From an uncultured Verrucomicrobiae bacterium (GTDB lineage Bacteria > Verrucomicrobiota > Verrucomicrobiia > Limisphaerales > UBA8199): DNA of 64,000 bases. Positions 27,559 through 37,127 of this stretch are shown here, in pieces; within the stretch, counting starts at the first letter, position 1; every line of letters starts with the position of its first letter. The stretch is taken from contig CAVXLO010000049.1 in the NCBI GenBank assembly GCA_963762555.1, forward strand, positions 35,090 to 99,089, given 5' to 3'. The notes below the pieces were generated by a model. The model saw nothing but the letters and a program-made list of their open reading frames with translations. It did no database searches and was not told where the DNA came from. The position numbers and the translations under genes were made by a program.

Positions 27559-29356
27559 TCAGGCCAGGGACAACCCGGCAGGCTCCCGTTCGGTTTCGAG
27601 GGCGTGAGTTCGTGGCGGGCCGGACCAGGGCCGAGCCTCTCGCCGCACGGAAGCTTTGATCGTGGCACAACCCTGCCCGCGCGAGGGCCCCGCAGGTTGG
27701 ATAACATAAGGACCAACCAGGGCGGGAAGAATCACCGTTTCAGCGTAGTGCAGGACGAAGGGCTCGAAAGCGTCGTTCGGGCTGATGATCAGCGCCTCGT
27801 CGCCTTCAATCAGATTCAGCACATTGACCCCTCCTTCGGTGTGATGCGGCACTGGTTTGGTAAACCAATGGCGGCGGGTGGCAATGAATTCCCGCTCGTG
27901 CAGGCCCGTGTGTTCTTCACGCCAGCCTTCGCCGGCTCCGGCCTGAGTGACGCGGTTGATCGAGGTTTTGCTTGACCCAGTGCGTGGTGCGGTCCCACTG
28001 GATATTAGCCAGGCCGTGCGCGAGATGGATGGGGCGCGGTTTGCCGTCCAGGCCCATGCGTCCCCAGTCCCAGAGCTTGAAGGTGAAGATGTACGGAGTC
28101 GCGCTGATTTCCAGGACCATGGCGTTGGCGCCGGAACAATGGATGGTGCCGGCGGGGATGAGGAAATGGTCGTGCTTTTTGGCGGGCCACTGGTTGGCGT
28201 ATTGGCTCGCCGGGAAGGCGGGGCCGCCGGTTTGCGCCCGCTCGAGGTCAGCGGCCATTGCGGCTGCATCCACTCCCTCCCGCAGGCCGAGATAAACGTA
28301 CGCTCCAGCGCCGGCGTCCAGCAGGTAATAGCTCTCGTCCTGCGTGTAGTGCATCCCGAAATGGTGCTGGATGTATTCGGTAAGCGGATGGACCTGCAAC
28401 GAGAGATTGCCGCCACCCATAGTGTCCAGGAAGTCGAACCGGATGGGGAACTCGTCGCCGAAGCGCGCATGGACTTCCTCCCCGAGCAGCGCTCGCGGAT
28501 GAGCGAACACAAGGTCCAGCGACGGAATCTCGAAGCGGACACCCCCGATTCCGAGCAGCAGGCTGTTCTCCTCGGGCACACAGTCGAAGCACCAGCCGAA
28601 GTTGGGCGTGTTCTGGTCCAGGTCGCACACTTCCTTCATCCATTGGCCGCCCCAGGGAGCCGGGTCGAAAAAGGGCAGCACTCGAAAAGGCCGCGTGACG
28701 GCCAACCGTAGCCCCCGGCGCACCGCCTCGCCTTCGGCCAGCTTGGGCTCCGCCGGATTATTAGTGTCGAGGACGAAATCCCATTGTGCGATCAGGGGCC
28801 GTTTCCAGCGGTCGGCGACGCGCCAGTCCACGAAGAAGGCGCGTTTGTAAAGGAGGTTGGCGGGGAGTTGGCGGTTTTCGACTCCAAGGTTGCCGGCTTC
28901 ATGCCGGCGGAAGCGGTTCTGGGCCTCCCAGCGCGCCAGGTCGGCATAGACCAGGATGTCCCCTTCGGCGATAAGCCGCGCGCCCACCCCAATGATCAGG
29001 ACCAGGCCATGTTTGAGGCCGGCGAACCGGCTGCGCAAGTGGGCCACTTTCTCCGGGTCAAAGAACTGGGGCAGGACCAGGCCGGAGAGGAAGCCAAACA
29101 CAGGATCATCGCCCCCGAGAAACGGCGCCGCCAAGTCGTCAATACGGCTGGCGGGCAGCAGAGCCTCCGCCGTCCTGAGGGTCAGAATAGGAGCCAGCCT
29201 TTGGCGGAGTTGGCACAGCACGTCCTCTTCGTCCACGCCCGGGTAGCATTCAACAACCAGAACTGTCCGCCGGGAATCTCGGCGAGCGATCTGCTGGCGC
29301 AAGCGCTCCCCGCAAGCGTCCCACCCCACGGCGCAGGCGCCCGCGGTGTGGGGCAC
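27559..29356 (-). CDS. Class I mannose-6-phosphate-isomerase-like protein (long form), with one frameshift near 27960
   Basis: Cupin core ...LSLQVHPLTEYIQHHFG...ESYYLLDA...HDHFLIPAGTIHCSG. ..THWVKQNL then continues as INRVTQAGAGEGWREEHTGLHEREF...NVLNLIEGDEALI...ATIKAS in the adjacent frame. The 3' end is uncertain because the tail enters a repeat region. Confidence 0.7.
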
Positions 29357-29401
29357 GTCCAGTACCGGGGAACTTATCGTAGTTGCTCTTCAATAGTCGC
29401 C

Positions 29402-31651
29402 CTATTCCTTTTCGCTGGTCAGGCCGGTAGGCGTGGAGTTGATGGTGTAGAGGGCCTTACCCCAGCGCACGTGCCGCAGTGTGCCTGAGAACCCGCGCGG
29501 CTGCTCCGGCTCCCACAACATGCGCTGCTCGTCCAGGCCCGGCCGGAAGCCAAAGAAGGCGCGGATGACGACATCGGTGAAGTCGGCGCCGCACAATGCC
29601 TCACGGCAGATGGTGCCGGCGTTGGCGATGCGCACGGGGGCGTCGTAGTCGCGTTTCTTCGGTCCGTAAAATTCCTCGCCCTGGGAGAAGGCGCCCTCGT
29701 GCGTGGCGGCGACGCAGCGACGATAGAAGTCCAGCGCATCTTTCCAGTAGCCGAGGTGGCAAAGGCCGTCCACCGTCTCGGGCGGCCAGCCGGAATAAGC
29801 GCCCATCGGGCCGTGGTCGGGGCGATCCGAGCGCGCGGCGGCAGGGTCCTGGAGCGACTGCGCGCGCATCCAGTTCTTCATGAGCAGCTCGCGGACGACA
29901 AAGTCGCGCATCTCGCGGCGGACAGTGGGCGAGAGGTCCGGCGCAATGTCCTGAGCGACAAACTGGAAGTCGAGGCAGTGCCGCATGTCGAACTGGCGGC
30001 CATCAGGGTAGCGGCTTTGCCAAAAGCCTTTGCCGGGCACATAGAGCTTGGGAATCGCCGCGACCAGCTTGTCTGCGGCGGCGCGGCGCTCGGCGGCCAA
30101 TTCGGTGTGGCCGAGGCTGGCGTGAAGCTCGGCCATATCCCGAAGCATGCTCACGTAGGCGGCGTTGAAGCCGGCGGTGGCGTGGATGTACGTCGGGACG
30201 CATTCGAGGAAATGCCATGGATCACCACCAAAATCAGCCAGGCCGCCATCGGACATGAGGTATTTCTGGTAGTTGAGTGCCAGGCGGTCGAGGTGTTCGA
30301 GGAAGGTCTTGTCCCCGATCTTCTGGTCGAGAAAGGCCCGGTCACGGGTGACCCGCAGGTAGGTGGTGGCGATGCGGAAGAGCATCGGGTAGTTGGCTAC
30401 GTACCGGTAGCCGAACGCCCGGTTGCCGTAATAGTCGAAAGCCAGGCATTTCTCCAAGTCCCACTGGAGCGTCTTGATGATGTAGGCCCGCATCACTTTG
30501 GGCTCCAGCAACGCAAAGAGGTCGTCCATCATGCCGGTGTCCCAGATGAATTGGACCGAGGCGCCATAGCGCGGGCCGCCGGCGACGAAGACGCGCGGGC
30601 TGTAAGGGAGCTTGTCGCGGAGGGCCAGCAGCAGGTTCACCACGCCCATGTAGTAATTGCGGCGCAGGGCCGGGTCGTCCGTTTGCAGCACGGGCAGGTT
30701 GCCCTCGAAAAAGCCGTTGTGCGGGGTGAAGACCTGCGCATAGCGCTGTTCCCAAAGCCGCTTGGCATCGGCGAAAACGGCGTCGAACCGGCGGGCCCAG
30801 CGCGAGGCGTCAGAGGCCACGGCCGACCCCTCGCCAAAAGCCATCACCATCTCGATGCGCCGGGTCTCACCGGCGGCGAGACGAATGTCCCATGTCGCGC
30901 AACCCTGGTGGCCGTCCGAACTCAACGTATCCGGTTTGCGAGCGAAGGCGAAGACAGTCCTGGCCGGAGTCTTGGTATCGCTGATGACCAGCGCCGCGCC
31001 GGACTTGACGACGCTCGCGGTGTAGTCGGCGGCGTTTCCGAGCCGGGGCGGTGGGTTGGCAGCCACCGCGGCGCGGACAGTTTCGGTTTCCTCGTAGCGC
31101 CGCTTTGGCCCACCGGGGCCAGGCTGGAGGTAAGCCCAATCCCAGGAACCGGGCGCCGTCAGCTTGCTGATGGCTCCAATGAGATCCAGCGAGACCCTGG
31201 CCTCCAGCGCGCGAGGCTGGGTATTGGAAACGGTGATTTGCCACAACACACCCCGCGAATCGAAGACCATGCGGTTCACCGTTTCAATGGCCAAGCCGTC
31301 CGCCGAGCCGGCTCGGACCGCCTGATAAGGATACCAGCGGAATTCCCCGGCCACCGGCACCTTACCGTTCAGCTTCAGGGCGCCGCTGTGGAAAGCCTGG
31401 GAAAAAGGCGGCGAGGCAAGCCAACTGATGCTGGCAAGGTCCTTATTGACCAGCATCTGCCCGTCGAAGTTGTAAATGGAAGGGAACTGCTCGATCTCCG
31501 CCGGCGTCTTCCAGTCGCCGGCCATCTCGTCCAGCGTCGGCACGCCCGAAGGGAGCGGCGTGGTGGCGGATGCCGCGACGGTGGAAAAGGCCGTGCCTGC
31601 CAGCAGAAACGCCAATGCGTTGGTGGCGGGCTTTGGGCTCATTAGGCTCAT
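29402..31651 (-). CDS. Secreted hypothetical protein, possibly an (alpha/alpha)6-barrel glycosidase-like fold (weak); alternative starts at 31666 and 31642
   Basis: Signal MSLMSPKPATNALAFLLAGTAFSTVAASA. It is a long intact ORF with coding-like composition and no motif I can name with certainty. Confidence 0.75.
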   Translation of the reverse strand: MSLMSPKPATNALAFLLAGTAFSTVAASATTPLPSGVPTLDEMAGDWKTPAEIEQFPSIYNFDGQMLVNKDLASISWLASPPFSQAFHSGALKLNGKVPVAGEFRWYPYQAVRAGSADGLAIETVNRMVFDSRGVLWQITVSNTQPRALEARVSLDLIGAISKLTAPGSWDWAYLQPGPGGPKRRYEETETVRAAVAANPPPRLGNAADYTASVVKSGAALVISDTKTPARTVFAFARKPDTLSSDGHQGCATWDIRLAAGETRRIEMVMAFGEGSAVASDASRWARRFDAVFADAKRLWEQRYAQVFTPHNGFFEGNLPVLQTDDPALRRNYYMGVVNLLLALRDKLPYSPRVFVAGGPRYGASVQFIWDTGMMDDLFALLEPKVMRAYIIKTLQWDLEKCLAFDYYGNRAFGYRYVANYPMLFRIATTYLRVTRDRAFLDQKIGDKTFLEHLDRLALNYQKYLMSDGGLADFGGDPWHFLECVPTYIHATAGFNAAYVSMLRDMAELHASLGHTELAAERRAAADKLVAAIPKLYVPGKGFWQSRYPDGRQFDMRHCLDFQFVAQDIAPDLSPTVRREMRDFVVRELLMKNWMRAQSLQDPAAARSDRPDHGPMGAYSGWPPETVDGLCHLGYWKDALDFYRRCVAATHEGAFSQGEEFYGPKKRDYDAPVRIANAGTICREALCGADFTDVVIRAFFGFRPGLDEQRMLWEPEQPRGFSGTLRHVRWGKALYTINSTPTGLTSEKE

Positions 31652-31915
31652 TCTGATTGCGATCATACTCGCCGGCTGCAAGGTTACAAGGTTACATTGT
31701 CGCAATGGACGCGAGCAATCCCCTGTCCTGCCCTTCTCCGAGGCCATGCGCCAAATCACCGCCCCATAAACCCAATCCGCGCCCCCGGCAGCGTAAGGGT
31801 ACGATGGCAAGCTGGCCCAAGCCCAGCCGCGCCCGGCCCTTATAAGGCCAATTTGGCCACTCAGCTTCAAACACACGCCTTACGACGCCAGCGTGGCAAA
31901 ACGCTCTCTTGGTCC

Positions 31916-32078
31916 ACTCCCTCCCCGTCCTCAACTCCAATCCGGCACACGCCGTCGCAACGCTACGATGCCAGCGCGGCAATTTGGCGACAAAGGACGA
32001 TACCAGCGCGGCAATTTGGCCCAAAACCCTACGACGCCACTTCGGCCATTCTTACGATGTCTATTTGGCCCGTAACAT
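31916..32078. repeat. Left copy of an imperfect direct repeat of about 165 nt built from TACGA-N-GGC(A/C) sub-repeats
   Basis: ..cgtcgcaacgcTACGATGCCAGCGCGGCAATTTGGCgacaaaggACGATACCAGCGCGGCAATTTGGCccaaaaccCTACGACGCCACTTCGGCCATTcTTACGATGTCTATTTGGCCCGTAACA. It aligns by eye with 34051-34225, and an extra unit lies at 31881-31903. Confidence 0.8.
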
Positions 32079-32189
32079 CTGACCCGCCGACTGCACAAAA
32101 CCAGATGGCAAGGACCGCGACACATATGACAATCTCATTAACCGACCCCTGCTATGGGGTGGTCCGTCAAGGGGAAGCGCGTTGTTAGT

Positions 32190-32470
32190 TTGTTTTTCTC
32201 ATTCTTCCGTTTTCCACTGTTGAGAGTTACGGTGTATTCTGGATCGTCTCCTCTGGCAGAGCGCCGGCAACAAGGCCTGGCTTAACCTGCTATCCGTACA
32301 TCCTATGCGGAGTACACTATATCGTTTCCAATCCGGCCAGAGGAGCGCACGGAGACCAATCTTTAAAACGGGCCATCTAAAGGCCCAGGGGTCAGGTACG
32401 GTCTCCGTTACGCTCCAAAAGTGTCATGCGATTTGCGTGATAAGTTGGTGGTGCGCTCCTCCGTTAATTT
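32190..32470 (-). ncRNA. Candidate IS110/IS1111 bridge (seek) RNA region in the 3' non-coding end of the IS
   Basis: AT-richer stretch without a convincing ORF. Nested perfect stems: GAGGAGCGCAC 32340-32350 / GTGCGCTCCTC 32451-32461, CGGAGACC 32350-32357 / GGTCTCCG 32400-32407, GGGCC 32370-32374 / GGCCC 32382-32386. Strand and ends are not determined. Confidence 0.35.
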
Positions 32471-33986
32471 TGCAGATGACAGGTTGGGCTCGCCCCTTCA
32501 TGCTCTGGGCGCGGCCCGGGGGATAGGGCTCTGCAGGAGTGCAACCCGAGCACCGGGCCGCCCTTGGATTGCGGACGCATCCAGGCCTGTCCCGACCGTG
32601 TTTGGGGCAGGCCTTTTGGCTGGAGGATGACTCCGCAAGCCAAGGCCCAAAGCGATAAACTCATCGTTCTATTTCTCGGATCTTCTTGGGTGTTCATACG
32701 TCGCCTGGGATTGGGTGTGGGGTGGTTAGCGTTCGGGGTGGCTTTGGTTTTCCTGGCTCGCGGGGGGAGCGTCACGATCGGGGGCGTCGGGTTGATTTGC
32801 AAGCCCAGATCGGCCGCTTGGCAGCGCCGCGTGCGCACGCGCCACCAGTCCACACTAAACTGCCGGCCGATGGCTACAATGATCTGCTTGCGCTTGGAGC
32901 GGGTGGTCTTGGGATTGGCCAACATGCGGCAGCCACCGGGCCACTGGCTTGTAAGTGGGCTGGTAATACACCAGACGCCAGGAGGCCTCCACCAGGACGG
33001 TGCGCACGCGCGGGTTGCCGTGCTTGTTGATCGCCCCTTGAAAGCGCCGTTGGGCCGAACTGTCTTCCCGGGGACACATCCCGGTGTAGCTGGCCACTTG
33101 CCGCCGATTGTGGAACCGGTGCCAGTCCCCCACTTCTCGCTCCAATACTTCATAGGTCAATTTGCCCAAGCCCTTCGGCAACTCCTCCGGGGTCGCGTCG
33201 GTCAGCGCCTCGGTCAAGGTCTTGAGTTCCTGCTCCAGCGCCTGGATGAGCCGGCGTAGTGGCTCCAGCAACTCCAGCACAATGGGTGGCACCACTAACT
33301 CCTTCCAGAGACCTCCGGTCCACCAGGCGCCCTCCAGGTGCGCGCCGTAGTAAAGGGCGTGGCTGCGTCCCTGGGCCGCCAAACGTTGCTTCTCCTTCTG
33401 CAAGCTCTCGCGCTGGCGCGAGCGGCTCCGGGCTTGCTCTTCGGCTTCCGTGGGCACGCGCACGACGCAGAAGGCCTCCGCGATTGCCGGCGACATACCG
33501 GTCCAGGTTGAGCACCATCTCTTTGGCGTCCCGCTTGTCGGTCTTGACCTTCTTGCCATATTCGTCCCAATCCCGGGGCCGGATCACGTAATTGGTAATG
33601 CCCAATTCCTTGAGCTTCCGATGCAAAGCGTAGCCAAAGGGGCCCGCCTCGTAACAACTGTAAACCTGCTGGGCCAGCGCCCTCTGTTTCTTGGCCCACT
33701 CCAGAAACTGGCGCGGGCTGAACCGTTGCGGCGGCTGGGGCGCACCGCCATCGATTTGGCGCACCACCACGTAGCGATCCAGATGCACGTCGATGCCCAG
33801 CTTGATGACCTGGTGCGGTGGAGGCCCGCTCTCGCCGCTCGGGGCCGATGCCGCTGCGGCGAGCGAAACCTGGCTGGCGCTCAGCACGGTCTCCACCAGC
33901 GTTTCGATTCTTGGTTGGGCGGAGGGCGAGGCTTGCTTCTCCGCGGTCCGGTTTCTATGTTTGCTCTTGTAAGTTAGTTTTATCAT
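32464..33986 (-). pseudogene. IS110-family (DEDD/RuvC-like N-domain + Transposase_20 C-domain) transposase, with 2 frameshifts
   Basis: IKLGIDVHLDRYVV...CYEAGPFGYALHRKLKELGI..YVI.P...KTDKRDAKEM. The frame then shifts at about 33485 to ..AFCVVRVPTEAEEQARS...VASYTGMCPREDSS...GAINKHGNPRVRTVLVEASW. It shifts again at about 32930 to ..KRKQIIVAIGRQFSVDWWRV. The true stop is uncertain. Confidence 0.8.
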
Positions 33987-34050
33987 TGGGGCTCAGGTTG
34001 CGGAATTTCTCCCAGCCTGACCACCCCATGTTATCTTTATCTTTATAAAG

Positions 34051-34225
34051 CCTCCCTCCACCTGTGCCGTCCCTTCCCAAATCCCAAACCGGCCAACGCC
34101 GTCGCAGGGCTACGATGCCAGCGTGGCAATTGGGCGACAAAGTACGATCCCAGCGCGGCAATGTGGCAAAAAACCGTACGACGCCACTTCGGCCATTTTT
34201 ACGACGTCAATTTGGCCCGTAACAG
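34051..34225. repeat. Right copy of the TACGA-motif direct repeat; the motif continues to about 34270
   Basis: ..cgtcgcagggcTACGATGCCAGCGTGGCAATTGGGCgacaaagTACGATCCCAGCGCGGCAATGTGGCaaaaaaccgTACGACGCCACTTCGGCCATTtTTACGACGTCAATTTGGCCCGTAACA, then TACGACCGCACTTCGGG and TACGATGAGAATTTGGC. Confidence 0.8.
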
Positions 34226-34283
34226 CTACGACCGCACTTCGGGACGAACTACGATGAGAATTTGGCACGTTGAACACCAAGCG

Positions 34284-35006
34284 CTAATGGCTGACCCCTT
34301 GTCCAGCCTCGTCAGCAGGCAGACCGCTCTTCCCTTTGCTCGGGACTTCATCGGGCATCTTTAGTCGTTGAGTTTTCTTGAGGCCAATGACAACGATTTC
34401 ATCACCAGCCACCGCGACCCTTTGCGGTTGGATAATACCGAACTTGCGCTTCACGACTGGGCGATTACCCGACACATCGATCACGTACAGGTAGAATGTG
34501 AGCTGTCGTTTGTTCGCGCCTTCCGCGGCCTCGGTTATGAAGACCTCGGCGTTCGAAAGCCTTCCGACAGACAACGCCACGCCAGCGAAGTCATCCAGCT
34601 TCTGGCTAAACACGGCTTCACCGCTGATATTCAGTTTAGTGATGGCCCCGTCTGTGTTCACGACAACCACGGCATTGCTCAGACAGATGGGCGTCTTTAT
34701 AGGAGCGGGCAGGTGCTTGCTGAACAGTCTTTCCGCTTCTCCGTCCGCAATCCTAAACAGCCGGACCTCGGAAACGCCATCTTCGATTACCTTACAGCAA
34801 AAGAGCCCGATAGGGTGCCAACAATCTTCGCCGGCTCTGAAAACCCTCTGGGCAGAGGCGAGATGGCAAGCGCTATTAGCGAGAACTAAGCCGAACATCG
34901 CGACAGCACCATCGATTACGCGGCAGCGGCGAACGAACCGCACCAGTCGACTTCGGCTTTTCAGATTTCGGCCTGTTGACGGGAACGTGTTGAGCATGTG
35001 TACCAT
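34284..35006 (-). CDS. Hypothetical protein; candidate immunity protein for the orphan RHS toxin tip (alternative start at 34898)
   Basis: It starts 15 nt downstream of the orphan RHS stop on the same strand, is AT-richer than its surroundings, and belongs to no recognisable family. Confidence 0.6.
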   Translation of the reverse strand: MVHMLNTFPSTGRNLKSRSRLVRFVRRCRVIDGAVAMFGLVLANSACHLASAQRVFRAGEDCWHPIGLFCCKVIEDGVSEVRLFRIADGEAERLFSKHLPAPIKTPICLSNAVVVVNTDGAITKLNISGEAVFSQKLDDFAGVALSVGRLSNAEVFITEAAEGANKRQLTFYLYVIDVSGNRPVVKRKFGIIQPQRVAVAGDEIVVIGLKKTQRLKMPDEVPSKGKSGLPADEAGQGVSH

Positions 35007-35021
35007 CCTTTCCAGGGTTGA

Positions 35022-37127
35022 TCATTTTGTCGGCCTGCCGGGGGGCGTCCGAGGTGGCGTAAAAACGCACCTTGGGCTTGGAATCTTTCCTGCGTCGCAG
35101 TCGCCCTGGCAGGTCCTAACGCATCCTTCCTGGTTGGGTACCCATGGCTTTTGGCACACGTGGAGACAAAAATCCTGGCAGTCTGAGTCCCACCACGGGT
35201 TGTTCGGGTTCTTCAATCTGGCGGCAAACCACTCGCACTTGTCACATTTGCTCGGGCGCTTGCCAGGCTTCGATGGCTTCCCTTTCTTTGGTTTGTCCTT
35301 CGTGTCGGAAGGGCCTCCGCCGTCAGTATCAACTTTTTGAATTGGGTCGTTCAGCGTGAATGCGTAAAGGTTGATTCCACCCTCCTCTTCCTCCGGGTCG
35401 CTGCTTAGCCACCTCTGCCACTGGGGTGCGTAGAAGCGGTAGCCATAATAACTGAACCGCGTCGCGGCGTCGCGTTCCTTGCTGGAGAACTTAAAGCGAC
35501 AGACATCCGAACCCGCCACCGAGTTCAGATTGCCGAAGGCCCCATACTCATACCGCCCCGCTGTGCTGGTCCCGCTGCGCGCAAGCACAACATCGCCCCG
35601 ATGATTGCAATGCGTGTAGTAGGTGTTGAGGCCCCCGGCCACGCGCGTCACCGCCACGACCGTGCCAATGTCCCCGGCTAAACCCACGCCGCGCGTGAAC
35701 GCCTCCTGCGGGTGCGCCGCCTGGTTCAGCACCGCCGCAATGTCCCGGTCATCGCAAACGTACATCCACTGTTGGGTCTGGCCATTCACAACCTCGCTCT
35801 TCGCAATCCGCCGGCCGTTGGCATCATACCAGTTCTCGAGCACGACCACACCGTTGCTGCTGACGTTGGTCAGGCGGTCCGCCCAGTCCCACTCATACAC
35901 CCAATTGGTGCTGCCGTTCACCCAGTTGGTCAGGTTCCCATTGCCGTCGTACACGAAATACTCCTGGCAATTGGTCACCACCTTCGTCACCGTCCGCGTC
36001 TCCGTGCTCTGGTTGCCGCTGACATCGGTGACGGTCACCACCAACGGGTTCTCACCCGGATTCAAAGCCACGTTGGGCAGGCTGAACGTCCCGTCGTTGG
36101 TGCCAACCCGTCCCCACACGCCGCGGCATTCGGCCCAGGTGTTGTACCATTTGTTGCTCCTCGGCCCGGGGTCCACTTGGCCCGTGACCGCCGCGCTCCA
36201 AGTCGTGTCGCTCGTGTCCGCGCGGGCGGTCAGCTCGTTGTCCTTGTTGTACACCCACTTTGTGCCCGCCTGGAGCGGGTTGAGCCAGTTGCCCGCCTCA
36301 TCGTAGGTCCAGGAGTTGGTTGCCCCGCCCGCGAGGCCGTTGGTGAAACAGATTTCGTTGGTCAATTGGCCCACGCGGTCATAGCCGTAAAGCGTGACGT
36401 TGGTGCCGTTATTGGTAATCGCCAAAATGTTTCCGCCCGCGTCCCATTGATAGTTGTAGAGGGCGACCATTGTGGCCCCGTTGGTGATGCCCAGGCTCAA
36501 GAGCCGGGACTCCGTATCGTACGCGTGCGTCACCACGTCCCCATTCCCATACCCCTTCCGCCACAACCGGCCTGCAGCGTCGTACGCATACCAGGCACTG
36601 GCCAGCGGATTGCCGTTGCCCAACTGCGCGATGTTCGTCAGCCGGTTCATGCAGTCGTAAGCATAGCGCGTCTCCAGCCAGTCTGTAAAGCCCGCCAATC
36701 CCGTGATCACCCGGTTGGTCACGTTGCCCACCGGGTCGAAGCCGTAGTCAATCTTGTATTTCACCGTCGCAAACCCTGGGACGTTCGTCAGCAGGCAGAC
36801 GGCGTTGGTCACGCGGTTCAAGGGGTCATAAGTATATTCGAGCACGGAGTTCGTCGAGGCCACCCGGGTGACGTTGCCCAGCGCATCGTAATCCAGGCTC
36901 AAGAGCACATTGTTGTTGTCGTCAGTCACGGAGACTAGCCGTTCGAGCGGGTCATATTGGTAGCGGGTCACGCGCCCGTTGCCGTCCCGCCGCCAGGCCA
37001 GGCCGCCGCGGAAGGTGTAATCGTAGCGAATCAGATTGCCCATCGGCGTCGTCACCTTGGTCAGCCGGGTAAAGCCGTTGGTCGAGGTGTAATCAAACCT
37101 CTTCTCGCGCGTCTTTCCAGGGGTCAA
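35022..37127 (-). CDS. Orphan RHS C-terminal cassette (YD repeats + RHS core end + divergent small Cys-rich tip) lacking a canonical start
   Basis: Near-identical to residues of about 990-1580 of the 1717-aa RHS (e.g. ..RYDYTFRGGLAWR.DGNGRVTRYQYDPLERLVSVTDDNNNVLLSLDYDALGNVTRVASTN..). It diverges towards ..FSYYGYRFYAPQWQRWLSSDP...NDPIQKVDTDG, then a K/P-rich linker and CDKC..C..C..C..C..C. Only a TTG inside the palindromic element is available as a start. Confidence 0.8.
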   Translation of the reverse strand: MTPGKTREKRFDYTSTNGFTRLTKVTTPMGNLIRYDYTFRGGLAWRRDGNGRVTRYQYDPLERLVSVTDDNNNVLLSLDYDALGNVTRVASTNSVLEYTYDPLNRVTNAVCLLTNVPGFATVKYKIDYGFDPVGNVTNRVITGLAGFTDWLETRYAYDCMNRLTNIAQLGNGNPLASAWYAYDAAGRLWRKGYGNGDVVTHAYDTESRLLSLGITNGATMVALYNYQWDAGGNILAITNNGTNVTLYGYDRVGQLTNEICFTNGLAGGATNSWTYDEAGNWLNPLQAGTKWVYNKDNELTARADTSDTTWSAAVTGQVDPGPRSNKWYNTWAECRGVWGRVGTNDGTFSLPNVALNPGENPLVVTVTDVSGNQSTETRTVTKVVTNCQEYFVYDGNGNLTNWVNGSTNWVYEWDWADRLTNVSSNGVVVLENWYDANGRRIAKSEVVNGQTQQWMYVCDDRDIAAVLNQAAHPQEAFTRGVGLAGDIGTVVAVTRVAGGLNTYYTHCNHRGDVVLARSGTSTAGRYEYGAFGNLNSVAGSDVCRFKFSSKERDAATRFSYYGYRFYAPQWQRWLSSDPEEEEGGINLYAFTLNDPIQKVDTDGGGPSDTKDKPKKGKPSKPGKRPSKCDKCEWFAARLKNPNNPWWDSDCQDFCLHVCQKPWVPNQEGCVRTCQGDCDAGKIPSPRCVFTPPRTPPGRPTK

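Larger units (their letters stand above)
32079..34050 (-). mobile_element. IS110/IS1111-family insertion sequence (boundaries approximate, inferred from the flanking repeat copies)
   Basis: The DEDD-type transposase gene plus about 0.3-0.4 kb of 3' non-coding sequence is bracketed by the 31916-32078 and 34051-34225 repeat copies. No terminal inverted repeats were seen, as expected for this family. Confidence 0.55.

Noticed and set aside
27223-27975. 250-aa plus-strand ORF across the 27.2-27.9 kb region
   Set aside because: It spans a REP-containing spacer and then lies antisense to the C-terminal part of the PMI-like gene, whose sequence (..NVLNLIEGDEALI..) is clearly the real frame.
32464-32790. 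C-terminal ~110 residues of the third transposase frame (..NPTPPIVTLPPRARKTKAT...HLQN)
   Set aside because: There is no resemblance to the IS110-family C-terminus after ..ADLGLQI. It is probably non-coding read-through, so the candidate RNA region may extend further right than annotated.
31881-34270. TACGA-motif repeats, the 11-mer array (12335-12457) and the heptamer array (51016-51078) considered as CRISPR arrays
   Set aside because: The units are 7-34 nt, degenerate and contiguous or irregularly spaced without unique spacers of constant length. No cas genes are present.
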